This document shows, one piece after another, positions 52,323 through 63,240 of a stretch of DNA of 64,000 bases. Numbering within the stretch: the first letter of the stretch is position 1; each line of letters begins with the position of its first letter. This DNA is from Treponemataceae bacterium (GTDB taxonomy: Bacteria; Spirochaetota; Spirochaetia; Treponematales; Rectinemataceae), in assembly GCA_963678065.2 (NCBI GenBank), contig CAXXVZ010000003.1, forward strand, positions 96,001 through 160,000, written 5' to 3'. Both the position numbers and the translations under genes were made by a program. The notes beneath the pieces were generated by a model. That model was not told where the DNA came from. It made no database searches and saw only the letters and a program-made list of their open reading frames with translations.

Positions 52323-55300
52323 ATGGCCGAATTCGTCCACCTCCACAATCACTCTGACTACTCGCTCCTCGACGGGGCATCCGATATCGAGTCCATGGTC
52401 GCGCGGGCCGTGGGCTTCGGCATGCCGGGGCTGGCCCTGACGGACCACGGCAACATGTTCGGAGCGGTCAAGTTCCACAAGGCTTGTAAAGGCGCGGGGA
52501 TCAACCCGATCATCGGCAGCGAGTTCTACGTCGCGGGCGGCAGCCGGACAGAGCGGACGGGCACGGAGAACGGCAACAAGTACTGGCACCTCGTCCTCTG
52601 GGCGGAGAACGAGGAAGGGTACCGCAACCTTCTCAAGCTCTCGTCGATTTCCTACACGGAAGGATTCTACTACAAGCCGCGCATCGACGACGAAGTGCTC
52701 GCCTCACACGTGGCGGGACTCATCGCAGGCTCGGCCTGCCTGGGCGGCGAGATTCCGAGCCTCCTCCTCGCGGGCAAAGCGGCCGAGGCCGAGCGCAAGG
52801 CCGCCTGGTACCGCGATCTCTTCGGTCCGGATCGCTACTATCTCGAACTCCAGGACCACGGCATACCCGAGCAGAAGAGAGTCAACCCCGAGCTCGTCGC
52901 CCTCTCGCGCAAGCTCAGGATCCCTCTCATCGCGACGAACGACATGCACTATCTGGAGAAAAGCGACGCGGAGGCCCAGGATATCCTGTTGTGCATCGGG
53001 ACGAACAAGAAACGCTCCGAGCAGAACCGCATGCGCTTCCCGAGCCCCGAATTCTACATGAAATCGGCGGATGAGATGGCGGCCCTCTTCCCGGAGCTGC
53101 CGGAGGCCCTGTCCAACACCCTCAAAATCAACGAGATGGTGAGCCTCGACATCAAATTTCCGGGGCCTCTGCTTCCGGATTATGTGATCCCGGCCGGATT
53201 CTCGAGCCCCGCCGACTACCTGCGCCACCTCAGCTACGAGGGCCTTAAAAAGCGTTACCCGAACGCTGGCGAGGAGATCCGCGCCCGCGCCGATTACGAG
53301 CTCGACATCATCATCTCCATGAATTTCACGGGCTACTTCCTCATCGTCTGGGACTTCATCAACTGGGCGAAGGAGCACGACATCCCTGTCGGCCCGGGGC
53401 GGGGATCGGGAGCCGGCTCCATCGTCGCCTACGCGCTACGCATCACGGACATCGAGCCGCTCAAGTACAACCTCCTCTTCGAGCGATTCCTGAATCCTGA
53501 GCGCATCTCGATGCCCGACTTCGACATCGACTTCTGCTTCGAACGCCGCGGCGAGGTCATCGACTACGTCACCCGCAAATATGGGGCCGAGCGGGTGGGG
53601 CAGATCATCACCTTCGGCACCCTCAAGGCCAAGGCCGTCATCAAGGACGTGGCGCGCGCCCTCGAAGTCCCCTTCGACGACGCGAACGCGATAGCCAAGC
53701 TCGTCCCCGAAGACCCCAAGATGACCCTCAAGAAGGCCTTCGAGGAGGAGCCCAAACTCTTCGCTCTCACCGAAGATCCGCGCTACCGCGACCTCTTCGA
53801 GATCGCAAAAAAGCTCGAAAACCGCCACCGGCACTCGAGCATCCACGCAGCCGGCATCGTCATAGGCAAATCCGAGCTCACCGACTACGTCCCACTGTAC
53901 AAGGATCCCAAGACCGGCATCGTCTCGACCCAATACACCATGGACCTCCTCGAGGACTGCGGCCTCGTCAAGATGGACTTCCTCGGCCTCAAGACCCTCA
54001 CCCTCATCAAGAACGCCCTCGGCCTCATCCGCAAGCGCGGCATCGTCCTCACTGAAGACGATATCCCCGAGGACGACGAAAAGACCTTCAGGATGCTCGG
54101 CGAGGGCAAGAGCCGATCCATCTTCCAGTTCGAATCCTCCGGCATGCAGAGCATCCTCAAGGATGCGAAGCCCACGACCATCGCCGATCTCATCGCTTTG
54201 AACGCCCTCTACCGGCCCGGCCCCATGGCCTACATCCCTCAGTTCGTCGATTCGAAGTGGGGCCGGACGCCCATAAGCTACCCCCACCCGAGCCTCGAGA
54301 AGATACTGAAGGAGACCTACGGCGTCATCGTCTACCAGGAACAGGTCATGCAGGTCGCCCAGGAGGTCGCAGGCTACTCTCTCGGCCGCGCCGACCTCCT
54401 GCGCCGGGCCATGGGAAAGAAGAAGAAGGAAGTCCTCGAGAAGGAGGAAGTGCCCTTCATCGAGGGAGCGGTCAAACGCGGCTACAAAGCCGAAAAGGCC
54501 AAAGAGATCTTCGAAATTCTCGTTCCCTTCGCGGGCTACGGGTTCAACAAGTCCCACGCCGCCGCCTACTCCGTCGTCGCCTACCGCACTGCCTATCTCA
54601 AGGCGAACTATCCGGCCGAATACATGGCTGCCAACCTCACGAATGAAATCAACTCGACGGACAAGCTCACCGAGTACATCGGAGAGGCGCGCAGCATGGG
54701 TCTCTCCGTCATGGCCCCCGACGTCAACCGCTCCGAGGCCTACTTCACGGTCTCCGAGGGCAAGATCGTCTACGGCTTCCTCGGCATCAAGGGTGTCGGC
54801 GAGGGCCTCGCCAGGGCCATCGTCGCGACGAGGACGAAAGAAGGGCCTTACCAGAACTTCATGGACTTCATCGAGCGCCTCGGCACCGGGGCGATGAACC
54901 GCAAGACCCTCGAGTGCCTCGTTCTCGCCGGATGCTTCGATTCGCTGGGACATTGCAGACAGGAGCTCGTCCAGAATATCGAGCGCGCCGTCGATTACAC
55001 GGCCCAGAAGGAAAACGCGGGCAAGTACGGCCAGGTCAGCCTCTTCGAGGGCAACGAAGAAGAGGAATTCCCGCCTTTTGCCTTCGAGCCTGCCGAAGAG
55101 TATCCCCGCTCGGAGCTTCTGCGTTTCGAAAAAGAGCTCCTCGGTTTCTACTTCACCGGACATCCGATGGACGAGTTCCGGCAGATATGGGAGCGCTGCG
55201 CCGACGCGGATTTCGCCCATCCGGAGCACGCCAGCCCCGACAAAGTCTACACGGCCGTGGCCATGCTGCGCGATTTCAAGGAAATCATCACGAAGGCGGG

Positions 55301-55916
55301 CAAACGCATGGCCTTCGGATCCGTGGAGGATTACTCGGGTTCCGTGGAGATTGTCGTCTTTCCCGACTTCCTGGAGAAGTACCGGGAACGATTCGTCGTC
55401 GACAGGGTTCTCTGCCTCCGCGGCAAAATAGATCTTTCGCGGGGACAGCCGGCCTTCAAAATCGAGGATTTTGTCGACCCGGCCACCCTCAAGGAGCGAT
55501 CCTGGAAGGAAGTCCACGTCAGACTCGAGGCTGGTATCCGGGATCCCGAAAAGCTCGACCCACTGCGGGACGCGCTCTTCGACAATGCCGGGAGTTGCCA
55601 GGTGCTGCTCCATGTGCCGGAATCCTCCTTTGCACCGTGCCGGAAGAGCCCCGATGGGAATGTCGACGGGATCGCAGTTCCCGAAGACGACTGCGAGAGC
55701 GAAGCCGTCCTGCAGGGGACTGATCCTTCGGGCTGCGGCGAAGGGGATGGCGGATCCCCGCCGGGGAAGTTCCGGCTCGCCGGCAGGCTTCCTGCGCCAA
55801 AAGCGCTGCGCGAAACCATCGTGAGGGCGCACATGAGTATTTCCTGCTCTGCCTCGCAGGAAGTGCTCGACAAGCTGGCTGTCCTTCCCGGGGTTGCCGA
55901 AGTCTGGAGGGATTGA
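52323..55916 (+). CDS. dnaE: DNA polymerase III alpha subunit
   Basis: HLHNHSDYSLLDG, GRGSGAGS, MPDFDIDF and FNKSH motifs. Confidence 0.98.
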   Translation: MAEFVHLHNHSDYSLLDGASDIESMVARAVGFGMPGLALTDHGNMFGAVKFHKACKGAGINPIIGSEFYVAGGSRTERTGTENGNKYWHLVLWAENEEGYRNLLKLSSISYTEGFYYKPRIDDEVLASHVAGLIAGSACLGGEIPSLLLAGKAAEAERKAAWYRDLFGPDRYYLELQDHGIPEQKRVNPELVALSRKLRIPLIATNDMHYLEKSDAEAQDILLCIGTNKKRSEQNRMRFPSPEFYMKSADEMAALFPELPEALSNTLKINEMVSLDIKFPGPLLPDYVIPAGFSSPADYLRHLSYEGLKKRYPNAGEEIRARADYELDIIISMNFTGYFLIVWDFINWAKEHDIPVGPGRGSGAGSIVAYALRITDIEPLKYNLLFERFLNPERISMPDFDIDFCFERRGEVIDYVTRKYGAERVGQIITFGTLKAKAVIKDVARALEVPFDDANAIAKLVPEDPKMTLKKAFEEEPKLFALTEDPRYRDLFEIAKKLENRHRHSSIHAAGIVIGKSELTDYVPLYKDPKTGIVSTQYTMDLLEDCGLVKMDFLGLKTLTLIKNALGLIRKRGIVLTEDDIPEDDEKTFRMLGEGKSRSIFQFESSGMQSILKDAKPTTIADLIALNALYRPGPMAYIPQFVDSKWGRTPISYPHPSLEKILKETYGVIVYQEQVMQVAQEVAGYSLGRADLLRRAMGKKKKEVLEKEEVPFIEGAVKRGYKAEKAKEIFEILVPFAGYGFNKSHAAAYSVVAYRTAYLKANYPAEYMAANLTNEINSTDKLTEYIGEARSMGLSVMAPDVNRSEAYFTVSEGKIVYGFLGIKGVGEGLARAIVATRTKEGPYQNFMDFIERLGTGAMNRKTLECLVLAGCFDSLGHCRQELVQNIERAVDYTAQKENAGKYGQVSLFEGNEEEEFPPFAFEPAEEYPRSELLRFEKELLGFYFTGHPMDEFRQIWERCADADFAHPEHASPDKVYTAVAMLRDFKEIITKAGKRMAFGSVEDYSGSVEIVVFPDFLEKYRERFVVDRVLCLRGKIDLSRGQPAFKIEDFVDPATLKERSWKEVHVRLEAGIRDPEKLDPLRDALFDNAGSCQVLLHVPESSFAPCRKSPDGNVDGIAVPEDDCESEAVLQGTDPSGCGEGDGGSPPGKFRLAGRLPAPKALRETIVRAHMSISCSASQEVLDKLAVLPGVAEVWRD

Positions 55917-55919
55917 GCG

Positions 55920-56693
55920 ATGTCGCATGGCCTCGCGCCGCTTCCGGCGGTTTCGGAAATCCGGGTTCTCGGTTCGGGAGGCTTCAACAACAGGGGACTG
56001 CCCTTCATCTCCTTCCTGATCGACGATTCCGTCCTCGTCGAAACGCCGCCCGACATCATCCAATCCTTGAGGCGCGAAGGCGCCTCGCTCTCCGCGCTCA
56101 GGACCGTCATCATCTCGCACTTCCACGGAGACCATTGCTTCGGGCTCCCCTTCCTCGTCTTCAACCTCTACCGCGAAAATCCGGAGGGCCTCTCCCGAAA
56201 GCTCCTCCTCGCAGGGCCCCGGGGCATCAGGGAACGGGCCCTCGAGCTCATGGCCCTCGCCATCAATCCGACGAGCTCCTACATCGGATGGTTCGAGAGG
56301 AACGTGGAAACCCGCGAGATCACGCGTGATTCGGAGATCGGGCTGGACCGCGGGAGGAGCATGAAGTTCCATCCCGTCCTGCACAGGCCCGAAAACTATG
56401 CTCTCTCCCTGTGGTCAGGGGCTTCGAGGCCGGATTTCCTCTACATTTCCGACACGAAGTGGGGGCCACAGATCGCCGCGCTCTTCGCGCTCGGGGCGAA
56501 ACTCGTGTTCTGCGACGCGAACGGAAGCCCGGGCGACGAGGAGGTGCACATGAGTGCCGCCCAGATCTCCGGGCTCGGCCTGCCTCTGGCGCGGGGACTT
56601 TCCCGGATCGCTGCGAGCCATGTCTCCGGCGACGCGCCAGAAGCCTTCGGGGGGCTCTCCGTCATCTCTGCGGGGGATGTTTTTCGGGTCTGA
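55920..56693 (+). CDS. MBL-fold hydrolase (RNase Z-like)
   Basis: LGSGG, SHFHGDH and ISDT motifs. Confidence 0.8.
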   Translation: MSHGLAPLPAVSEIRVLGSGGFNNRGLPFISFLIDDSVLVETPPDIIQSLRREGASLSALRTVIISHFHGDHCFGLPFLVFNLYRENPEGLSRKLLLAGPRGIRERALELMALAINPTSSYIGWFERNVETREITRDSEIGLDRGRSMKFHPVLHRPENYALSLWSGASRPDFLYISDTKWGPQIAALFALGAKLVFCDANGSPGDEEVHMSAAQISGLGLPLARGLSRIAASHVSGDAPEAFGGLSVISAGDVFRV

Positions 56694-56780
56694 GTTCTGT
56701 TTTCTGAAAGCCGGGGGTCGTGGACGGAAGAGGTACAATGGGCGCCAGCGTGGTCTGGCGGACCGGGTATGGCTTGGACT

Positions 56781-57473
56781 TCAGCGGGAGCCAAGCCGTT
56801 CCTTCACGAAACGGACGAGATCATCCCATCGGTGGAAGCAGAGATCTGCGCCGGAGAGGGGGCGCCGCGACACAAGCGCGGCCTGCATGCCGGCCCTCCG
56901 CGCTCCCGCGAGGTCGTAGCGCGGGTTGTTCCCCACATAGAGAACATCCGCCGGTTCACGCCCGAGCGCCTGAGCGAGGCTCAGGAAACTCTCGGGTTCG
57001 GGTTTCAGGAAACCGGATTCTTCCGAGCAGCGCACGACATCGAAGCAGTCGGAAAGCCCCATGAGTTCCAGCTTCCTTTCGGGCGGCATATCCGAGAGAA
57101 GGCCGAGCGGCAGGCCGAGGGCCTTAAGCTCGGCGAGGGCTTCGCGCACACCCATGAAGGGTTGTATGTCCGCGAAACATTCGAATATCCGCCCGTAGAA
57201 GATTCCGTACATGAGGGCTTTCGTTCCGCTCTCGGAGCTTCGGAGCCTGTGTGCGAGAGCGGTTCCCTGCATGTCCCGGAATTCAATTCCGTCGGCAGGA
57301 GGGGACTTTCTGTACTCCTCCGTGCGGGCGATGGCACGGAGCTCCCGGCGCATCTGCGAGAAGCCGGCAAAGAGGGCCGGATGGCGAAGACAGAGCGCGG
57401 CGGCCCTCCGGTTGAGGGCCGCCGCGGGATAGAGGGTTCCGTCCAGATCGAAGGCTACGGCGCGTATGCTCAC
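56781..57473 (-). CDS. HAD-family hydrolase
   Basis: FDLDGTL, LKPEP and VGNN..YD motifs. Confidence 0.88.
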   Translation of the reverse strand: MSIRAVAFDLDGTLYPAAALNRRAAALCLRHPALFAGFSQMRRELRAIARTEEYRKSPPADGIEFRDMQGTALAHRLRSSESGTKALMYGIFYGRIFECFADIQPFMGVREALAELKALGLPLGLLSDMPPERKLELMGLSDCFDVVRCSEESGFLKPEPESFLSLAQALGREPADVLYVGNNPRYDLAGARRAGMQAALVSRRPLSGADLCFHRWDDLVRFVKERLGSR

Positions 57474-57618
57474 GATTTATCTATAACCTGAACCCCCCAC
57501 TCTGGTCTATGTCGGGGGCGGGGTTTTTCCCGCTCCCGACACAAGGTTCCGACCCAGTTTTGCCTCACGTTCCGGTGCGGCGCCGGGCCACGGTCCCACG
57601 GATCCTTTGTCTCCGCCA

Positions 57619-59448
57619 TCATACCCGGCGCACGGCGTAGTGCGTGTGCAGAAGGCTGTGAGATTTTTCCCCGAGCGGAGAGCCGAGGAAGCCCTCGTAC
57701 AGCGCCGCGATCGCCGGATTCTCGTGGGACTTGCGCATGCCGAGCCGGAGGTCCTCGCGGTACATGGCGAGGTTGCGGGCGAGTCTCTTGTCCATGTCGG
57801 GCAGGACAGGCTGGCCTCCTCCTCCGACGCAGCCTCCGGGGCAGGTCATCACCTCGATGAAGTGGTAGGGACTCGTGCCTGCAGCTATCTCATCGAGTAT
57901 CTTCCGGGCGTTTTTCAGCGTGTGCACGACGGCCACACGCACCTTCGTTCCGTCGAGATCGACTTCGGCGGTCTTGATGCCCGAAAGTCCGCGTACTGCC
58001 TCGAAATCGATGGCGTCGAGGGTTTTCTTGGTGACGATCTCGTAGACCGTCCGGAGGGCCGCCTCCGCCACCCCTCCCGTCGTGCCGAAGATTGTCGCCG
58101 CACCCGTCGACCTTCCGAGCGGATCGTCGAAATCCTCCTCAGGAAGGGATGCCAGGTCGATTCCGGCTATCCTGATCATGCGGGCCAGCTCCCGCGTCGT
58201 GAGCGCCCAGTCGACATCGTAGTAGCCTGGAGCCGCGCGCTGGGGGGCGTCGGCACCTCCCTCATGTCCGGCCTGCGGCGTCGCCGGTTCACTGTGCTCC
58301 GAGTGGCCTGCGCCCGTGCGGAACTCCCAGGCCGAAGCCATACCCGGCCTGCGGGTTTCCCCCTTCTTGGCCGTGCAGGGCATGATCGAGATGACCTTCA
58401 TAAGGGCCGGATCGATGCCGGCGACCTGGGCGTAGTGGGTCTTCGCGATCGCGCCGAACATCTGCTGGGGACTCTTGCACGTCGACAGGTGTCCGAGAAG
58501 CGAGGGGTAGAAGGTCTCGATGAAGTTGATCCATCCGGGGGAACAGCTCGTGATCATGGGGAGCTGGCCTCCCGCAGTGAGTCGCTTTATGAGTTCGGAG
58601 CCCTCCTCCATGATGGTGAGGTCGGCGGCAAACTGGGTGTCGAAAACTTTGCTGAAACCGAGCCGTCTGAGGGCCGCGACCATTTTTCCCGTCACGAGGC
58701 TTCCGGGCGGCAGGCCGAGGGCTTCCCCGAGCGAAGCGCGGATGGCGGGGGCAGTCTGTACGACGGTGACGAGGCCGGGATCTCCGAGCGCGTGGAAAAC
58801 CGCCTGGCTTTCATCTTTCTCGGCTATGGCCCCTGTCGGGCAGACGACGGAGCACTGGCCGCACTGCACGCAGACGCTGTTGCCGAGCCCCTTGTCCATG
58901 AAGGTGGCGATGCGCGTGCGCGATCCCCGGCCAGAGAAGGAGATCGCCGAGACGGTCTGGACCTCGGCGCAGACCGCCACGCAGCGGCCGCAGAGGATGC
59001 ACTTGGAATTGTCCCGCACGAGGCCGGCGGCGCTCAGATCCAATTGTGGAATCTTTTTCGTGCGAGGGAAGCGGTCAGCCTGGACTCCGAGCAACTCTGA
59101 CATCTCGCGCAGTTCGCAGGAGCCGCCTCTGATGCATGACAGGCAATCGGCGGGGTGGTTGGCGAGAAGGAGTTCCACCGCCGTCTTCCTGGCTCTCTGA
59201 ACCCGGGGGCTGGCCGTGTGGATTTTCATGCCCGCCTGGGGTTTCTGGACGCAGGACCGGATGAGGGATTTTGCCCCCTCGACCTCCACCACGCAGACGC
59301 CGCAGGAGGCGTTCGAACACAGATCCTTCATGTAGCAGAGGGTTGGAATCTTGATGCCAGCCCTCGAGCACGCTTCCACGAGATTCGACTCAGGGTCGAC
59401 CTCGGTCAGCCGCCCGTCGATTTGTACCGATACCATGTTTTCAGCCAT
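57619..59448 (-). CDS. hydA: [FeFe]-hydrogenase catalytic subunit, group A
   Basis: H-cluster motifs TSCSPGW, MPCTAKKGE and EVMTCPGGCVGGGG; N-terminal Fe-S domains. Confidence 0.95.
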   Translation of the reverse strand: MAENMVSVQIDGRLTEVDPESNLVEACSRAGIKIPTLCYMKDLCSNASCGVCVVEVEGAKSLIRSCVQKPQAGMKIHTASPRVQRARKTAVELLLANHPADCLSCIRGGSCELREMSELLGVQADRFPRTKKIPQLDLSAAGLVRDNSKCILCGRCVAVCAEVQTVSAISFSGRGSRTRIATFMDKGLGNSVCVQCGQCSVVCPTGAIAEKDESQAVFHALGDPGLVTVVQTAPAIRASLGEALGLPPGSLVTGKMVAALRRLGFSKVFDTQFAADLTIMEEGSELIKRLTAGGQLPMITSCSPGWINFIETFYPSLLGHLSTCKSPQQMFGAIAKTHYAQVAGIDPALMKVISIMPCTAKKGETRRPGMASAWEFRTGAGHSEHSEPATPQAGHEGGADAPQRAAPGYYDVDWALTTRELARMIRIAGIDLASLPEEDFDDPLGRSTGAATIFGTTGGVAEAALRTVYEIVTKKTLDAIDFEAVRGLSGIKTAEVDLDGTKVRVAVVHTLKNARKILDEIAAGTSPYHFIEVMTCPGGCVGGGGQPVLPDMDKRLARNLAMYREDLRLGMRKSHENPAIAALYEGFLGSPLGEKSHSLLHTHYAVRRV

Positions 59449-62400
59449 GATTCACCTCCGCTGAGAGAGCGGCCTGCGGCGCCGGTTTGCGGCATTCCTC
59501 GCGGACATCGCAGCGCAGGCAGCGCTCGGCCTCTGTCAGCGCCTGCTCTCCCGTGTAGCCCGTCGATATTTCGACGAAGTTGTTGCGCCTCATGTCGGGC
59601 GACACGTGCCTCGCCCTCGTCATCTTGACGTGGGTTCCGACAGGCGGAATCTCCATGGCGTAGGAGAATTTCCTGAAAAGCTTGTCGAAACGTTTCTCGC
59701 CGGAAAGGAAGAGGTCGATGGCCTGCGCCGCAACCCGCGCGTGTCCCATGGCTTCGGCCGCCGTCGAGGGGCCGGAAACCGCGTCGCCCACGGCGTAGAC
59801 CTTTTCGGCGGCCGTCTTCATTGTAAAGGGATCGGCCACGATGCGACCGTCCTTTTCGGTCTTTATGCCGAGCTCCGCCACCCCCATGGGATCGACCTTC
59901 TCGCCGACCGCGACTATGAGGGTGTCGCAGGGAATTTCGAAACTCTCATCGGTCGGAACCGGGGTCGGTCTTCCCGAGGAATCCACCGGGCCCGCCTTCA
60001 TCCGCATAACCTTGAGGGCCCTGACCTGACCCGCTTCCCGCCCTTCTCCCGACTCCGAGGCCAGGATTTCCAGGGGCTGAGCCATGCAGAGGATCTCGAT
60101 TCCCTCCTCGAGGGCGCCCATGAGCTCTTCGGGGTTGGCCGGCATGTCGGCTCTGGCCCGCCTATACACGATAGTCACGTGTGTCCCGAGCCTGAGCGCC
60201 GATCGCGCCGCGTCGATGGCCGAGTTTCCGCCGCCCACGACGACGACTTCGGTGCCGAGCTTCGGCTTTTTTCCGTTGTTGAGGTCGAAGAGGAGCTCGC
60301 CGCCCCTCATGACGCCCGGAAGTTTTTCGCCGGGAATGCCGAGGCCGGTTTCTTTCGTCGCCCCGAAGGCGAGGAGGACGACATCGGAGCCTTCCGTGAT
60401 CCTGTTCCAGGGAAGGTCGACCCCGACCTTCGTGTTGTAGACGAAGCGCACGCCGAGTTTCTGTATGAAGCTGACTTCTTTCTTGAGGACATCCTTGGGC
60501 AGCCGGTAGGCCGGAATTCCCCAGCGCGTGACTCCTCCCGCCGAACCCGTCGCGTCGTAGACGGTCACGTCGTGTCCGAGACGGACGAGCCAGAAGGCGG
60601 CGGCGAGTCCCGCGGGGCCCGCGCCGACGATGGAGACGCGCTTGCCCGTCGGCGGCAGCTTCTCCTTGAGGAGCCTGTTGTATATGCTCCGCTCCCGGCC
60701 CATCTTGTACATGGTGTCGGCGAGATAGCGGTGGATTTCGCCCTGCGAGACCGGTTCGTCCAGGAGATCGCGTCGGCAGCGCATCCTGCAGTGGAAGTGG
60801 CAGATGCGGCCGAGGGTTCCGGGCAGAGGATTCTCTCGCAGGGTGAGCTCGAAGGCTTCCTCGATGCGGTTTTCCTTGAGGAGCTGGAGATAGCCCGGGA
60901 TATTCATGTGCAGTGGACAGGAGTTCTCGCACATGGCGAGGAAGAGGTTTTCGCAGACTCCGGCTTCGCAGCGTTTTTCTTTGATGTGGCGGATGTACTC
61001 CTCGCGGAAATATCTCAGTGTCGTGAGCACGGGGTTGGCCGCAGTCTGGCCGAGTCCGCAGAGGGAGGAGTCCTTGACGGAGAGGGCGAGCTGCTCAAGT
61101 GTGTCGAGGTCCTCCTCGCGGGCTTCTCCGCGGGAGACCGACTCGAGTATGCGCAGCATCTGGTTGAGCCCCTCGCGGCAGGGTGTGCACTTTCCGCAGG
61201 ACTCGCCCGCGGTGAATCCGACGAAGTAGCGCGCCACGTCGACCATGCAGTTGTCCTGGTCCATGACGACGAGGCCGCCCGAGCCCATGATGACGCCGAG
61301 TTCGGCCAGTCTCTCGTAGTCGATCGGTGTCTTGAACAGGCGTGCAGGCACGCACCCGCCCGAAGGACCGCCCGACTGCACTGCCTTGATTTTCTTCTTG
61401 GGGCCCATGCCCTCGCACATGCCGTAGACGACGGATTCGAGGGTGGAGCCGAGGGGCAGCTCGACGAGGCCCGTGTTGCGGACTTTGCCCACGAGGGAGA
61501 AGACCTTGGTCCCCGTGCTGGCGGCCGTGCCGAAGCCCGCGAACCATGCCCCGCCCCGTGCTACGATGACGGGGACATTGCACCAGGTCTCGACATTGTT
61601 GATCGTGGTCGGCTTTCCGTAGATGCCTTTCTGGGCGGGGAAGGGCGGGCGGGGAAGGGGGCGGCCCGCCTTGCCCTCCGCAGAGGCGATGAGTGCCGTC
61701 TCTTCGCCGCAGACGAAGGCTCCTGCGCCGCAGACTATCTCCATGTCGAAGCTGAACTTTGTTCCCAGGATGTTCTTGCCGAGGAGTCCCGCGGCCTTGG
61801 CGGCCTTGATGGCCTTTTCGAGCCTTTCGACGGCGAGGGGGTATTCCGCGCGGACGTAGACGATGCCTTTCGACGCTCCCATGGCGTAGGCGCCGATTAT
61901 CATGCCCTCAATCAGCATGTGGGGGTCTGACTCGATCTCGTTGCGGTTCATGTAGGCGCCGGGGTCTCCCTCGTCGGCGTTGCAGATGATGTACTTGCCT
62001 GAGGAATCGTTCTGGCCGCCGGATGCCTTGCCGTTGCCCGCTGCGCCGTTAGCGGCGGCGCCGTTGCCGGCGTTGCGCATGATCTCCCATTTTTTCCAGG
62101 TCGGGAAGCCCGCGCCGCCCCGACCGCGCAGCCCCGAGGTTCTGACCTCGGCTATGACGGATTCGGGACTCATCGAGGTGAGAGCCTTCACGAGGCCGGA
62201 GTACCCGCCTATCGCGAGATACTCTTCGATGCTCTCCGGGTCGATGAGACCGCAGTCCCTCATCACTATTTTTTCCTGGCCATGGAAGAAGGGAATTTCC
62301 TTCCAGGTGGGCAGGAATGGATATGCCGGTCCGTACTCGATCGAGGAAGTCCGGAAATCCCACTGGGGAATCTGGGCTTCGGCGTTGTGCGCCGCCTTGT

Positions 62401-62725
62401 CGAAAGCCTCGTCGGAGGCCAGCGCTTTGACGATCCGCGCGGCGGAGGCGGGTTTCACATCGGTGAAGAGGATGAGGGGCTTTCCGGGCCTGGATGCCAT
62501 GACGAGGGGTTCAGCCGCGCAGAATCCGAAGCAGCCGACTCTCCTCACCCTGGCCGTCATGCCGGACAGGGTGATCTGTTCCTGTAGGGCTTCGAATACT
62601 TTGTCCGCGTCATTGCCTATCCCGCAGGTCCCCATCCCGACAGTGATGAAGGGGATCTCGGGTTTGATGGACGAAAGGCCGGCCAGTTTCATGGAGCCGA
62701 GATCTACGGCGGATATGGAAGTCAT
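59441..62725 (-). CDS. HydB/NuoF-like subunit fused to a GltD-like FAD oxidoreductase
   Basis: GRGGAGF, NADEGDPG and ESCGKCTPCREG, followed by CPLHMNIP, GAGPAG and GGGNSAID. Confidence 0.92.
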   Translation of the reverse strand: MTSISAVDLGSMKLAGLSSIKPEIPFITVGMGTCGIGNDADKVFEALQEQITLSGMTARVRRVGCFGFCAAEPLVMASRPGKPLILFTDVKPASAARIVKALASDEAFDKAAHNAEAQIPQWDFRTSSIEYGPAYPFLPTWKEIPFFHGQEKIVMRDCGLIDPESIEEYLAIGGYSGLVKALTSMSPESVIAEVRTSGLRGRGGAGFPTWKKWEIMRNAGNGAAANGAAGNGKASGGQNDSSGKYIICNADEGDPGAYMNRNEIESDPHMLIEGMIIGAYAMGASKGIVYVRAEYPLAVERLEKAIKAAKAAGLLGKNILGTKFSFDMEIVCGAGAFVCGEETALIASAEGKAGRPLPRPPFPAQKGIYGKPTTINNVETWCNVPVIVARGGAWFAGFGTAASTGTKVFSLVGKVRNTGLVELPLGSTLESVVYGMCEGMGPKKKIKAVQSGGPSGGCVPARLFKTPIDYERLAELGVIMGSGGLVVMDQDNCMVDVARYFVGFTAGESCGKCTPCREGLNQMLRILESVSRGEAREEDLDTLEQLALSVKDSSLCGLGQTAANPVLTTLRYFREEYIRHIKEKRCEAGVCENLFLAMCENSCPLHMNIPGYLQLLKENRIEEAFELTLRENPLPGTLGRICHFHCRMRCRRDLLDEPVSQGEIHRYLADTMYKMGRERSIYNRLLKEKLPPTGKRVSIVGAGPAGLAAAFWLVRLGHDVTVYDATGSAGGVTRWGIPAYRLPKDVLKKEVSFIQKLGVRFVYNTKVGVDLPWNRITEGSDVVLLAFGATKETGLGIPGEKLPGVMRGGELLFDLNNGKKPKLGTEVVVVGGGNSAIDAARSALRLGTHVTIVYRRARADMPANPEELMGALEEGIEILCMAQPLEILASESGEGREAGQVRALKVMRMKAGPVDSSGRPTPVPTDESFEIPCDTLIVAVGEKVDPMGVAELGIKTEKDGRIVADPFTMKTAAEKVYAVGDAVSGPSTAAEAMGHARVAAQAIDLFLSGEKRFDKLFRKFSYAMEIPPVGTHVKMTRARHVSPDMRRNNFVEISTGYTGEQALTEAERCLRCDVREECRKPAPQAALSAEVNHG

Positions 62726-63240
62726 GACTTGCCTCCCTTGCGCATCCTGTCGAGGATCGAGACGAGCTTGCCCACGGTCATTCTGGACAGCACGACTCCG
62801 TCGATCTGGATGACGGGAGCCAGTGCACACTGGCCGAAGCAGGCGACAGTCCGGATCGAAGCGAAGAAGTCCGGCGTCGTGACGGAGTTTTCCTCATCCT
62901 CGCGGAATTCGGCTATGCCCATCCGAGAGAGTGCCTCGTTGAGAAGGGCGAGCGAGCCGCGCGTGTGGCAGGCGGTTCCTCGGCAGACGGAGATCGTGTG
63001 CTTTCCCTGGGGTTTCAGGTTGAAGAATGAATAGAAGGTGGCTACTGAATAGACCTGCGAGAGCGGGGTCGCCGTGCCTTCGGCGATTTTCCGCAAAGTC
63101 TCCTCGGGGAGGTGCTTCTGCGGATCCAGATTCTGGGCCTCTTCGAGAATGCCCAGAAGGTCTCCCGGTTTTCCGAGACGTTTTTTGATTACCTTGTCGA
63201 TGTCCGTGCTGCGGGCACGTTCCTGCGCTGTGTTTGCCAT
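62722..63240 (-). CDS. HydC/NuoE-like 2Fe-2S subunit
   Basis: VATFYSFF, VCRGTACH and ACFGQCALAP motifs. Confidence 0.92.
   Translation of the reverse strand: MANTAQERARSTDIDKVIKKRLGKPGDLLGILEEAQNLDPQKHLPEETLRKIAEGTATPLSQVYSVATFYSFFNLKPQGKHTISVCRGTACHTRGSLALLNEALSRMGIAEFREDEENSVTTPDFFASIRTVACFGQCALAPVIQIDGVVLSRMTVGKLVSILDRMRKGGKS

Noticed and set aside
52323..55916. Inteins in DnaE or PolB
   Set aside because: The insertions are short, low-complexity and lack intein terminal motifs.
53436..56384. 982-aa antisense ORF, and similar long ORFs opposite groEL, glmS, the liv genes and hydB
   Set aside because: Shadow frames caused by GC-rich codon bias opposite well-supported genes.
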